This document shows positions 15,717 to 25,820 of a stretch of DNA of 64,000 nucleotides, piece by piece. The first letter of the stretch is position 1. Each line of letters starts with the position of its first letter. Source of the stretch: a bacterium. GTDB taxonomy: Bacteria; Patescibacteriota; Minisyncoccia; Phycocordibacterales; UBA9973. Location of the stretch: the NCBI GenBank assembly GCA_037127795.1, contig JBAXXQ010000001.1:144252-208251 (forward strand), written 5' to 3'. The notes beneath the pieces were generated by a model. The model did no database searches and had not been told where the DNA came from. It saw nothing but the letters and a program-made list of their open reading frames with translations. Position numbers and translations under genes: made by a program.

Positions 15717-18700
15717 ATGTCAGAAAACACCAATAATCAAAAATCAGCAGCAGCACTTCGAGAAGAAAAAGTTCTCGAGTTTTGGAATAGTCAAAATATT
15801 TTTGAAAAATCTTTAGATAAAAATAAAGATGGCGCAGAGTTTGTATTTTATGAAGGACCACCGACAGCAAATGCAAAGCCAGCGCTTCACCACCTCGAAG
15901 CACGAGCATTCAAGGATACACTACCTCGCTACAAGACAATGCAAGGATTTCATGTGCGCCGCAAAGCTGGATGGGATACGCATGGTCTCCCGGTAGAATT
16001 GCAGATTGAGAAAAAACTTGGATTGCAATCTAAAAAAGATATTGAAACATTTGGTGTTGCAAAATTTAATGCAGAGTGTAAAGAAAGCGTGCACGAATAT
16101 ATTGGTACCTGGCAAAATTTTACAGAGCGCATGGGGTATTGGGTGGATTTTGAGGATGCGTACTATACGTACAATCCGCAATATATGGAGTCGCTTTGGA
16201 GTATTGTAAAAAAAATTTCTGACCGTGGGCTTTTGTACAAAGACTATCGTATTGTGCCGTGGTGTGCACGATGTGGTACTGGGCTTTCAAGTCATGAGCT
16301 TGCGCAAGGGTATGAAGATGTAAAAGATCTTTCTGTGACAGCTAAATTTAGATTGGTAGGAGAAGAAAATGTGTATATTCTTGCGTGGACAACAACACCA
16401 TGGACCCTTCCAGGAAATGTTGCACTTGCAGTGGGGGAAGATATTACGTATGTACAAATAAAAAAGGATACAGAATTTTTGATCCTTGCAAAAGAACGTC
16501 TCAGTATTATAGAAGGGGAATATGAAATAATAAAAGAAATTACAGGATCTGATCTTGCAGGACTTTCATATGAACCGTTGTATAAAATAGATAATATAGA
16601 GCATGCATACAAGATACAGGTTGCAGATTTTGTAACTACTACAGATGGTACCGGTATTGTGCATATTGCGCCTATGTATGGAGCAGACGACTTTGGTCTT
16701 GCAACAAAAAATAATTTACCAAAAGTACACACCGTGGATGATAGTGGTCACTTTATTGCAAGTATGACACCAGAATTTTTACAAGCGCGTTTTGTAAAAA
16801 CAGAAGATGTTGCAATTGATATTATCAAAGATCTTGCACATAGAGGATTACTTTTCAAAAAAGAAAAATACGAGCACTCATACCCACATTGTTGGCGTTG
16901 CAAAACTCCGCTTATTTATTACGCGCGTGATTCTTGGTATGTGCGTATGTCGAGTCTTCGTGATGATTTGATTAAAGCAAATGAAGGTATCAATTGGAAT
17001 CCAAACCATATCCAAGATGGTCGTTTTGGTGAATGGATTCGTGAAGTAAAAGACTGGGCATTTTCTCGAGAGCGATACTGGGGTACACCGCTTCCTGTAT
17101 GGACCAATGCAAACAATGAATTGCTTGTGGTGGATTCTATAGACACCCTCAAGTCATATACAAAAAAGTCTGGCAATGAATACTTCCTTATGCGACACGG
17201 AGAAACTATTCACAATGTTGCAGGAACATGGAATTGTAATATAGATAACCCAGATGCACTCACTGATGCAGGGGTACAAGGTATCGTGCAATCAATCAAA
17301 AATAGTGGACAATCATTTGATATGATCATTGCGTCACCATTTTTGCGCACACAAAAAACTGCACAAATAGTGGCGAGCGAGCTCGGTATGGCGCAAGACG
17401 TGATACTTTCTGATGCGCGTATTGCAGAGTGGAATGTAGGTGCAGAGTTTGATGGTATGCCTATGGAAGAATATTTTTCTATTCGCAATGCACACACAGA
17501 TAGATATGAATACAAAGTTGCAGACGGGGAATCATATGCTGATGTTGTAAGACGTACTGGAGAATTTTTGTATGAAATAGAACAAAAATACGCTGGTAAA
17601 AAAATCTTGATTGTATCTCATGGTGCACCACTTCGCGCATTGGAGCTTCACACTAAAGGAATTTCTTTTGAAAGTCTATTCAAAGACAGTCGTGAATATA
17701 GGAATTTTGATAATGCAGAAATTCGTCATATCGATTTTACTCCATTACCACACAGTGAAAAATATGAAATTGATTTGCACCGCCCATATATAGATAGTGT
17801 ATCTTTGATAAAAGATGGTGTGGAATACAATCGTGTCAAAGAGGTGATGGATGTGTGGTTTGATAGTGGTGCTATGCCGTTTGCACAAGAGCATTTTCCA
17901 TTCAATCAAAATATATTATATCCAGCTGATTTTATTTCAGAAGCTATCGACCAGACTCGAGGATGGTTTTATACATTGCTTGCGGTGGGGACACTCATGG
18001 AGCGGGGAAGCCCTTATAAAAATGTAATTTGTCTTGGGCACTTGCTCGACAAGGACGGCAAAAAAATGTCTAAGTCTATAGGTAATATCGTAGAACCGTT
18101 TGAGCAAATGGAAAAGTTTGGTGTAGATGCAGTACGATTTTGGATGTATAGTGTGAACCAGCCAGGAGAGAGTAAAAACTACGATGAAAAAAGTGTTGCA
18201 GAAATACAAAACAAAGTATTCTCTCTTACTTACAATGTACTTTCATTTTATGAAATGTATCGTGATCAAAATCTTGAAAAAGATCTCACTGTTGAAACAC
18301 TCAATACAGATAATGTGCTCGATGATTGGATTATTACCAAGCTCAATATACTCGTAAGTAGTATGACAGAGGATTTAGATAATTTTGAATTGTTCCGCCC
18401 AACGCGCGCTATAAAAGATTTTATCGATGATCTTTCTACATGGTATGTTCGTCGTTCACGAGACAGACTCAGAGATAATGATGTTGATGCAAAAAAGGCT
18501 TTGTATGTAGTTCTCAAAACACTCGCACAGCTCTTTGCACCATTTGCACCATTTACCGCAGAAGATCTTTGGCAAAAATTGAAAACTGAAAAAGACGAAC
18601 TATCTGTACATTTGTCTGTATGGCCAAAAGCGGGAAGTGTAGATATTGCTGTAATAGAAGAAATGGAAAAAGTCCGAACTGTATGTACAGAAGGAAATGC

Positions 18701-19070
18701 GCTACGTAAAAAAATAGGGATCGCTGTTAAGCAACCACTCGCAAGCTTCAGTATGTCGCATGATGGTTTGCAAAAGTATTACACACTTATACAAGATGAG
18801 CTCAATGTAAAAGCTATATTAGTTGGTGACTTTGCGCTTGATACAACTATTACTCCAGAGCTCAAGCGAGAAGGGGAATATCGCGAGCTTGTACGTAGTG
18901 TGCAAGATTTGCGTAAAGAAAAAGGACTTCTTCCAGGTGATATTATTTCACTCTCTATTACTCAGACTATGCACGACACTATTGCAGACATAGAGATATT
19001 CAAAAAAACTGTCCAAGCAGAGAGTGTTCTTGTGGGTGAGGAATTGAGCTTGGAGATAAAAGAGAAATAG
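15717..19070 (+). CDS. ileS: isoleucine--tRNA ligase (type-2-like) with an embedded histidine-phosphatase domain
   Basis: Class I motifs (degenerate HIGH region PPTANAKPALHHLE; KMSKS), CP1 editing, WFDSGAMPFAQ and an anticodon-binding C-terminus; an extra ~190-aa PGAM-family domain (LMRHGET...IVSHGAPLRAL) lies between RERYWGTPLPVW and DLHRPYID. Confidence 0.95.
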   Translation: MSENTNNQKSAAALREEKVLEFWNSQNIFEKSLDKNKDGAEFVFYEGPPTANAKPALHHLEARAFKDTLPRYKTMQGFHVRRKAGWDTHGLPVELQIEKKLGLQSKKDIETFGVAKFNAECKESVHEYIGTWQNFTERMGYWVDFEDAYYTYNPQYMESLWSIVKKISDRGLLYKDYRIVPWCARCGTGLSSHELAQGYEDVKDLSVTAKFRLVGEENVYILAWTTTPWTLPGNVALAVGEDITYVQIKKDTEFLILAKERLSIIEGEYEIIKEITGSDLAGLSYEPLYKIDNIEHAYKIQVADFVTTTDGTGIVHIAPMYGADDFGLATKNNLPKVHTVDDSGHFIASMTPEFLQARFVKTEDVAIDIIKDLAHRGLLFKKEKYEHSYPHCWRCKTPLIYYARDSWYVRMSSLRDDLIKANEGINWNPNHIQDGRFGEWIREVKDWAFSRERYWGTPLPVWTNANNELLVVDSIDTLKSYTKKSGNEYFLMRHGETIHNVAGTWNCNIDNPDALTDAGVQGIVQSIKNSGQSFDMIIASPFLRTQKTAQIVASELGMAQDVILSDARIAEWNVGAEFDGMPMEEYFSIRNAHTDRYEYKVADGESYADVVRRTGEFLYEIEQKYAGKKILIVSHGAPLRALELHTKGISFESLFKDSREYRNFDNAEIRHIDFTPLPHSEKYEIDLHRPYIDSVSLIKDGVEYNRVKEVMDVWFDSGAMPFAQEHFPFNQNILYPADFISEAIDQTRGWFYTLLAVGTLMERGSPYKNVICLGHLLDKDGKKMSKSIGNIVEPFEQMEKFGVDAVRFWMYSVNQPGESKNYDEKSVAEIQNKVFSLTYNVLSFYEMYRDQNLEKDLTVETLNTDNVLDDWIITKLNILVSSMTEDLDNFELFRPTRAIKDFIDDLSTWYVRRSRDRLRDNDVDAKKALYVVLKTLAQLFAPFAPFTAEDLWQKLKTEKDELSVHLSVWPKAGSVDIAVIEEMEKVRTVCTEGNALRKKIGIAVKQPLASFSMSHDGLQKYYTLIQDELNVKAILVGDFALDTTITPELKREGEYRELVRSVQDLRKEKGLLPGDIISLSITQTMHDTIADIEIFKKTVQAESVLVGEELSLEIKEK
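17184..17759 (+). other. in-frame histidine phosphatase (phosphoglycerate-mutase family) domain inserted in ileS
   Basis: RHGE motif with catalytic His (FLMRHGETIHNV) and second catalytic His in IVSHGAPLRAL; no stops or frame change; it sits where type-2 IleRS has its Cys4 zinc knuckle, and no cysteines remain here. Confidence 0.75.
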
Positions 19071-19112
19071 TACTCTGTAGATTATTAATTATAATACGAT
19101 ATACTTATATAT

Positions 19113-19571
19113 ATGAAAAATATTGAAGAACGAGATCCAATGATAGTAAATCAAGAAGAGATTGATGAAGAGCAACGCCTATATGGTAAAGACAAAGCGC
19201 ACGATTTTGTCACCTCAGAACAAGTACCAGATGAAAGTGCTCAAGAAAAAATAGAGAATTTTGATGGTATTGATTCTTCAGAAACTTTATATACAGAAGA
19301 ACAAAAGCAAGCACGTTTTGAAGAAGGTTTGCGTTTTGAAAGTCCTTATACTGAAGAGATGGAGAGTGGTACAGAAAAAGATTCTAAAAGAATAAAAGAA
19401 TTGCAAAAAGAAATTAAGTTTGCTCATTATGAAGGATCTGCTTCTGTTGGTCCTGATGTTGAAGAGCAACACGTTATCAATCCAGAAGAAGATGAAAAAG
19501 AACTTCTTCCTAAAATAAGTAAAAGAAAAACAAACTGGAAAGAATCAATAAAAAATTTCTTTCTTAGATAA
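19113..19571 (+). CDS. acidic hypothetical protein (tandem paralog 1)
   Basis: Highly acidic 152-aa ORF; shares the blocks MKNxEx.DP...KDKAHDFV..EQ.PD and AS.GPDVE with the next gene. Confidence 0.5.
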   Translation: MKNIEERDPMIVNQEEIDEEQRLYGKDKAHDFVTSEQVPDESAQEKIENFDGIDSSETLYTEEQKQARFEEGLRFESPYTEEMESGTEKDSKRIKELQKEIKFAHYEGSASVGPDVEEQHVINPEEDEKELLPKISKRKTNWKESIKNFFLR

Positions 19572-19574
19572 TAT

Positions 19575-20186
19575 ATGAAAAACGTAGAGGCTATTGATCC
19601 ATTGCACGGGGAAGATGCAGAAGAAGAAGCTTTTTTGTACAAAAATGATAAAGCACATAACTTTGTTCCTGTAGAGCAGATCCCAGATCCAGATGCGAAT
19701 AAAGAATTTTCTGATAAAGAAGATCCTTATAATGAGTCTGCTGAATATACAGAAAAAGAGGCTGATCGTATTACAAAATTACAAAACGAAATACAACTCA
19801 ACTTCTCTAAACAAGAAGGTGTTGCTTCGTATGGCCCTGACGTTGTACAAGATATGGAAACGTCTGGGGATACTGATCATTCTATATATGATGTTGATTT
19901 ACCCAAAACAGAAAAAATAAGCTCGCACACTATTCCTGATAAATTGTCTACAGACAGAAAGTACCAAAGAATGTATCGACGAGGTCACCAAAATACTGGT
20001 GCACGACATGAAAACCTCAAGACTATGAATGAATCAAAAAAACAGAGAACTTTTGGTGCAAGAATTAAGGCGTTTATTTTTGGGCAAAACAATACCGCAG
20101 AACGAACTATTGAGGAAAAAATTGAAGATCATATAGAAGAAGAAAATCAAAAATACAAAAAAAGATTTCCTGAATATTTTTCTTAA
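19575..20186 (+). CDS. acidic hypothetical protein (tandem paralog 2)
   Basis: Starts 4 nt after paralog 1; MKNVEAIDP...NDKAHNFVPVEQIPD...ASYGPDVVQD; basic C-terminal tail. Confidence 0.5.
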   Translation: MKNVEAIDPLHGEDAEEEAFLYKNDKAHNFVPVEQIPDPDANKEFSDKEDPYNESAEYTEKEADRITKLQNEIQLNFSKQEGVASYGPDVVQDMETSGDTDHSIYDVDLPKTEKISSHTIPDKLSTDRKYQRMYRRGHQNTGARHENLKTMNESKKQRTFGARIKAFIFGQNNTAERTIEEKIEDHIEEENQKYKKRFPEYFS

Positions 20187-20191
20187 TATAC

Positions 20192-20773
20192 ATGCACACC
20201 ATATATCATACTGAAGCATTTATTTTGAAACTCACTCCGAGTGGTGAGGCGAATGCTCGTGTGTGGCTTTTTACTCGTGATATGGGGCTTATTGTTGCGA
20301 GTGTGCAAGGGGTACGTAAGGCTGGTGCAAAGCTTATGAGCTCACTTATTGAATATGGTTTTGTACATGTTGATTTGGTCAAAGGGCGAGAAGTCTGGCG
20401 GCTTATTAGCGTGTCTATGTTGCAGCAAATAGTTGCAGATATACAAAACCCGATATACAGAAGGCCGTTTGTTCGCAGTATTTCTTTTGTGGAGCGTCTG
20501 GTGGTGGGGGAAGGTATGGAGCATACTGATCTATTTTCGCATCTAGGTATACTAGGAGATTTTTTATTACACGCAAAAGACATAAGTCCTGAGATTGTAG
20601 ATACGTTGTCTCTGTGGAAAATAGCTACCATGCTTGGCTATATTGCAGTCGAACCAGAAGATGAAAAGTTTTTTGATACACTGTTTGCGGAAGCAGTATA
20701 TCTTGTACAAGAAAGTACTATGAAGATGATGATACGAAAAGTACACGAGTCGCTTATTTCTGCACACTTATAA
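20192..20773 (+). CDS. recO: DNA repair protein RecO (short form)
   Basis: N-terminal OB-fold region EAFILKLTPSGEANARVWLFTRDMGLIVASVQGVRKAGAKL is typical of RecO; the protein is short and no C-terminal zinc motif is apparent. Confidence 0.6.
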   Translation: MHTIYHTEAFILKLTPSGEANARVWLFTRDMGLIVASVQGVRKAGAKLMSSLIEYGFVHVDLVKGREVWRLISVSMLQQIVADIQNPIYRRPFVRSISFVERLVVGEGMEHTDLFSHLGILGDFLLHAKDISPEIVDTLSLWKIATMLGYIAVEPEDEKFFDTLFAEAVYLVQESTMKMMIRKVHESLISAHL

Positions 20774-20801
20774 AAAGACCTTGACGTGATATACTAAAAC
20801 C

Positions 20802-22682
20802 ATGGCAGAAGAACATATTGATCATATAAAAGAATTGCAAAACAAATTGTATTCTCGTGATCCTAAACAAATACCACAAGACAAATATGGTATTTTGCGT
20901 CCATCACGACAGCGCATAGATTCTACCTGGGGGGAGACAAAGATCCCTCGTCAGGCTCGTAGAAAGCTCAGTGCAGGATACAAAACTTTTTTCATATTTT
21001 CAGTATGTTTCTTCTTGATTGCAGTAGGAGTTGCATATTTTTCTATTTATCGAGGTGCTATTACTATCTCAAGTAAAAACGTAGATGTACAAATTTTGGG
21101 GGACTCATTTGTAAGTGCTGGGTCAGCGCTCCCTATTTCTGTTTCTATCGCAAATAAAAATTCAAGCGATCTTTTAAATACCACTCTTACCATCACATAC
21201 CCAAAAGGAGCAGATGATGGGGCACAAGCAGAGCAGGTACGCAGTAGTGTATCTTTGGGGACTATTGGCTCATCAAAAACAAAGAGCCAATCATTTATGC
21301 CGGTACTTTATGGAGAGCAAGGTGCGACACGTACAATCACTGCAACATTACAATATCAGCTTCCTGGATCAACAGCACAATTTTTGAAAACAAATACTTT
21401 TGCAGTGGTTATCAATGCGTCACCGCTCAACCTCACTGTCGATATGCCGTCTGCGGTATCTTCAAATCAGCCAATTACTATTGCTTCGCATGTTGTATTT
21501 TCTGGTGATGAATCTTTGAAAAATGGTCTTGTTCGTATGGAGTATCCAAGTGGATTTGTATTTGAATCTGCAACACCAAAACCAATAGCGGGGAACAATA
21601 TCTGGGCATTGGGAGATTTGGTAAAAGGTTCTACTGCGGATGTGGTGGTATCTGGAAGATTGCTCGGAGAAAAAGGGGATGAAAAAGCATTTCGTATTTA
21701 TGCAGGAATTGCAAATACTGCAAATAGTAGTGATATATCAGTGTCATATAATTCTGTATTAAAAACAACTGTACTTGAAGATCCGTTTCTTACTGCAAGT
21801 ATTCATATTGGAGATAATGATCAAGATACTGTTGTGTTGGAAAAAGGGAAACCTGTTACTGGTACTATCTCTTGGCAAAATAATGCGTCTGTCGCATTGA
21901 CCAACCCAATGATTACTATGTCGCTCGACGGTATTGCTATAGATGCAAGTACGGTAGATATTCCCGATGGCTCATACGATGAAGTGTCTCGTACTATGGT
22001 ATGGAGCTCAGATAGTAATGCTGATTTTGGTGCGCTTGCACCTGGTGCGAGTGGAAGTTTTCCATTTACCTTTACTCCAAAAGATTCTGGCGATAGTAGT
22101 ACGCTTGGACTTTCTCTTTCTGTATCTGCAAACCCGACAAATTCTGATACGCCATTTACTGTAGGAACAATAGATAAAAAACTTATTTCTTTTGCAACCA
22201 ATATTCAATTTGCAGGGCAATCTTTGTATAGTATTGGTCCTATAAAAAACATTGGGCCATTTCCTCCAAAAGCAAACAAAACGACAACCTACACTATTAC
22301 CTGGACTATAAAGCCAGCAACACATCCATTATCAAATGTTGTCGCATCTGCAAAACTTCCTGATGGGGTTACTTGGGCAGGGGTGATAATCCCTCAGTCA
22401 GAACCTATAACATACGATCCAGAGTCTCGTACTGTGTCTTGGAATATAGGGAATATGTCAAAACAAAACAATCTTACTCAATTTAAAACAGTTTCATTCC
22501 AAATAAGTACACAGCCAACAAAAGCTCAAATAGGTAGTGCATTGCCATTACTTGGGCAAACTATCATTTCCGCTACAGATGTGGTCATAAATGCGCCTGT
22601 AACAGGCACTAGGCCGTCTCTTTCTACACGACTTGATACTGATCCTGTCTATTCTCAAGAGGCTGAAAAAGTGCTACCATAA
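20802..22682 (+). CDS. membrane-anchored protein with a large extracytoplasmic beta-rich domain
   Basis: About 70-aa cytoplasmic N-terminus, one TM (FFIFSVCFFLIAVGVAYFSIY), then about 540 aa rich in S/T/N/G with no recognised catalytic motif. Confidence 0.45.
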   Translation: MAEEHIDHIKELQNKLYSRDPKQIPQDKYGILRPSRQRIDSTWGETKIPRQARRKLSAGYKTFFIFSVCFFLIAVGVAYFSIYRGAITISSKNVDVQILGDSFVSAGSALPISVSIANKNSSDLLNTTLTITYPKGADDGAQAEQVRSSVSLGTIGSSKTKSQSFMPVLYGEQGATRTITATLQYQLPGSTAQFLKTNTFAVVINASPLNLTVDMPSAVSSNQPITIASHVVFSGDESLKNGLVRMEYPSGFVFESATPKPIAGNNIWALGDLVKGSTADVVVSGRLLGEKGDEKAFRIYAGIANTANSSDISVSYNSVLKTTVLEDPFLTASIHIGDNDQDTVVLEKGKPVTGTISWQNNASVALTNPMITMSLDGIAIDASTVDIPDGSYDEVSRTMVWSSDSNADFGALAPGASGSFPFTFTPKDSGDSSTLGLSLSVSANPTNSDTPFTVGTIDKKLISFATNIQFAGQSLYSIGPIKNIGPFPPKANKTTTYTITWTIKPATHPLSNVVASAKLPDGVTWAGVIIPQSEPITYDPESRTVSWNIGNMSKQNNLTQFKTVSFQISTQPTKAQIGSALPLLGQTIISATDVVINAPVTGTRPSLSTRLDTDPVYSQEAEKVLP

Positions 22683-22687
22683 GCCTT

Positions 22688-24088
22688 ATGGAAAACGTAT
22701 CAATGGAACAACTTATTTCGCTTTGTAAACGCAGAGGGTTTGTATACCCATCATCAGAAATATATGGTGGAATGGCTGGTATATATGATTATGGGCATTA
22801 TGGTGTTCTTTTGAAGGATAATATAAAGAACCTTTGGGTGACCCATATGGCTCAATATAGAGAAGATGTATACCTTCTTGACAGTGCAATTTTTATGCAT
22901 CCTAAGACTTGGGTTGCGTCTGGTCATGTTGATGGATTTAATGACCCTCAGGTAGATTGTAAAAATTGTAAGGCTCGTTTTAGAGCTGATCATATTTTAG
23001 AAGATTTTGGCATACAAGCAGATAAAGCAAGTATTGAATTTATTAATACTGAGCTTGATACGCTTCGTGATGCAAAAAAACTTGTTTGTCCAAATTGTAA
23101 TAAGGCGACTCTTACAGAGGCTCGCGTATTTTCTATGATGGTGAAATCAAATCTTGGTTCTCCAGTAGACACCCTTTCTGAAGAGAATGTTGTATATCTA
23201 CGCCCAGAAACATGTGGTGGTATTTATCTTGAATATAAAAACACGCTCGATAGTTTGCACCCTAAAATGCCATTTGGTATAGCGCAAGTAGGGAAGGCGT
23301 TTCGTAATGAAATTGCCGCACGCCAATTTATTTTTCGTACACGAGAATTTGAACAAATGGAAATGCAATATTTTCATCATAAAAATGATACACAAAGTAT
23401 TTTTGACATGTGGAAAGAAACACGTATGTCTTGGTATAAAAATTTAGGAATTGCTGATACGAAACTTCATTTTTATAAACATGAAAAGCTTGCGCACTAT
23501 GCGTCAGATGCATACGATATTGAGTATAATTTTGCATCTTTAGGTGGCTTCAAAGAGGTAGAAGGGATTCATGCTCGAGGTGATTGGGATTTGTCTCAAC
23601 ATAGCAAGCACTCAGGTGTTGCATTGGATTATTTTGATGAAGAAAAAAAGGAGCGATATATTCCTCATATTGTAGAAACTTCAGCAGGTCTTGCAAGACA
23701 GTTTCTTATGGTTCTTGATAATGCATATACAGAAGTTGTAGATGAAAAAGGGGAGACTCGCACTTTTTTGAAACTTCCATACGCTATAGCTCCAGTAAAA
23801 TGTGCAATATTCCCACTTCTTAAAAACAAACCTGAGCTTGTTGGAAAGGCTCGTGAAATATATTTGGAATTACGTAAAAGTGTATTTTGTGAATTTGATG
23901 ACAATGGTAATATCGGTAAAAGATATCGTCGCCAGGATGAGATCGGTACACCATGGTGTATTGTTGTAGACTTCGATACATTAGGGGAGAATCCAGAACT
24001 TCTCGATACTGTTACAATACGTCATCGTGATACAGGTGCCCAAGAGCGTGTTGCTATACAAGACATCGTAAACTACATACAAAAATAA
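22688..24088 (+). CDS. glyQS: glycine--tRNA ligase (dimeric class II type)
   Basis: Archaeal/eukaryotic-type GlyRS N-terminus (RRGFVYPSSEIYGGMAGIYDYGHYGV) and class II motifs; 466 aa. Confidence 0.9.
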   Translation: MENVSMEQLISLCKRRGFVYPSSEIYGGMAGIYDYGHYGVLLKDNIKNLWVTHMAQYREDVYLLDSAIFMHPKTWVASGHVDGFNDPQVDCKNCKARFRADHILEDFGIQADKASIEFINTELDTLRDAKKLVCPNCNKATLTEARVFSMMVKSNLGSPVDTLSEENVVYLRPETCGGIYLEYKNTLDSLHPKMPFGIAQVGKAFRNEIAARQFIFRTREFEQMEMQYFHHKNDTQSIFDMWKETRMSWYKNLGIADTKLHFYKHEKLAHYASDAYDIEYNFASLGGFKEVEGIHARGDWDLSQHSKHSGVALDYFDEEKKERYIPHIVETSAGLARQFLMVLDNAYTEVVDEKGETRTFLKLPYAIAPVKCAIFPLLKNKPELVGKAREIYLELRKSVFCEFDDNGNIGKRYRRQDEIGTPWCIVVDFDTLGENPELLDTVTIRHRDTGAQERVAIQDIVNYIQK

Positions 24089-24089
24089 A

Positions 24090-24536
24090 ATGAAAAATAA
24101 AAAGTTATTATTAACAGTTCTTGTAATAATTATTGTTATTTTTTTGATAAATATTTTTTATAGAGCATATAAAAAAAGACAAGAATCTGTGACTGAAAGT
24201 CAAAAAGTTGTTTCTGTTGAAAAAAATACCACAACAGAAAGTGATGTTAAAATAGGGCAGAGTGATGGATGGATTGATTCTTTATTAAAAAATTATATCG
24301 CATCTACAACCAATCCACTTGTTGTGATAAATAGAAAAAAAGAATCATATTATTTTGATAGTTATCAAATACGAGTTGGTGTGAGTTACGCAATGTATGA
24401 CGTAGGTCATACTGTTTCTGAGGGTGATGGTTCAGAACCACGAACTATTCATGATGTGTGGATTTTTCTAGATCTTAGTTCGCATAAGTTATATGAAGAA
24501 GATTTATCAACAGAAAAATTAATAGAGTTTAAATAA
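24090..24536 (+). CDS. hypothetical membrane-anchored protein
   Basis: N-terminal TM (LLLTVLVIIIVIFLINIFY) then a soluble domain; no known motifs. Confidence 0.4.
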   Translation: MKNKKLLLTVLVIIIVIFLINIFYRAYKKRQESVTESQKVVSVEKNTTTESDVKIGQSDGWIDSLLKNYIASTTNPLVVINRKKESYYFDSYQIRVGVSYAMYDVGHTVSEGDGSEPRTIHDVWIFLDLSSHKLYEEDLSTEKLIEFK

Positions 24537-24542
24537 TAAAAT

Positions 24543-25811
24543 ATGCAATTTACTCAGAAGAAATTTTCAAACGGTCTACAACTCGTAACAGTACCAATGA
24601 AAGACAATCAGACAGTGACTGTCATGATTTTGGTAAATGCTGGTTCAAAATATGAGACAAAAAAGAATAATGGAATCTCACACTTTTTGGAGCATATGTG
24701 TTTCAAGGGGACTGTCAGACGCCCAGATGCGCACACTATCGCAAGCGAGCTCGATGCATTGGGTGCGCAATACAATGCATTTACTGGACATGAAATAACA
24801 GGCTATCATGCAAAAGCACAAGCAAAAGATTTTGGAAAAATCTTTGATGTACTCGCAGATATATATTTACATTCTACGTTTCCAGAAACAGAAATGGAAA
24901 AAGAAAAAGGGGTTATTATTGAAGAAATAAATATGTACGAAGATATGCCACAGCGCCAAGTACAAGAAGTACTTATGCAAGTTCTCTATGGTAATCAGCC
25001 AGCAGGGTGGGGTGTTGCCGGTCCTCGAGAAAATATTACAAAAATGAAACGCGATGATTTTGTGCAATACAAAAAAGAGCACTACGTGCCTCGTGCAACA
25101 ACTATTGTAGTATCTGGAAATATTGATCAAAAACTTGTTGAAATAGAAGTTGCAAAAGTATTTGGTAGTATCAAAAAAGCTCCAAAGTCTGACAAGCTTG
25201 CTGTAATAGAAAAACAAAGTAAACCAGCACTCAAAGTACAGTATAAAAAAACAGATCAAACACATATTTCATTTGGGTTCCGTAGTTTTGATGTACAAGA
25301 CAAAAGAAATAATGCACTCAATGTGTTGACTACTATTTTAGGAGGAGGGATGAGTTCACGATTGTTTATGAAGCTTCGCGAAGAGCTCGGTGTTGCATAC
25401 TACGTACGTAGTGGGGCAGATACTTTTTCTGATCATGGCTATGTAGAAATTGCTGCAGGAGTAACCAATGCGCGTACACAAGAAGTAATACAAGAAATCT
25501 TGCATGCATGTACTACATTAAAAAATGAATTAGTAAGTGAAAAAGAATTAGAAAAAGCAAAAGAAATTATTGTTGGTAATTTGAAACTTGGTCTTGAGTC
25601 TTCTGATTCATGGGCTATGTATTTTGCAGGGGAGGTGATACAGCAGAAAAAAGTTCGTGATGTCTTAGAGATAGAAAAAACTATTCGAAAAATAAGTCCA
25701 AAAGATATTCAAAATATAGCACAAGAGGTTTTTGTGAAAAAACACCTCAACCTCGCAATAATTGGGCCATTTGAGCAAAAAGATATAGACCCTAAAATAC
25801 TTGTGGTATAA
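24543..25811 (+). CDS. M16-family zinc peptidase (pitrilysin/insulinase-like)
   Basis: Inverted zinc motif HFLEHMCFKGT (HxxEH) plus a downstream Glu-containing region; 422 aa is typical. Confidence 0.85.
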   Translation: MQFTQKKFSNGLQLVTVPMKDNQTVTVMILVNAGSKYETKKNNGISHFLEHMCFKGTVRRPDAHTIASELDALGAQYNAFTGHEITGYHAKAQAKDFGKIFDVLADIYLHSTFPETEMEKEKGVIIEEINMYEDMPQRQVQEVLMQVLYGNQPAGWGVAGPRENITKMKRDDFVQYKKEHYVPRATTIVVSGNIDQKLVEIEVAKVFGSIKKAPKSDKLAVIEKQSKPALKVQYKKTDQTHISFGFRSFDVQDKRNNALNVLTTILGGGMSSRLFMKLREELGVAYYVRSGADTFSDHGYVEIAAGVTNARTQEVIQEILHACTTLKNELVSEKELEKAKEIIVGNLKLGLESSDSWAMYFAGEVIQQKKVRDVLEIEKTIRKISPKDIQNIAQEVFVKKHLNLAIIGPFEQKDIDPKILVV

Positions 25812-25820
25812 TAGCCATAT

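Noticed and set aside
17184-17759. Possibility that the extra segment in ileS is an intein or an inserted mobile ORF
   Set aside because: It has no intein N-terminal Cys/Ser, no C-terminal His-Asn plus nucleophile and no endonuclease motifs. Instead it carries both catalytic motifs of the histidine phosphatase fold and is in-frame with the flanking IleRS sequence.
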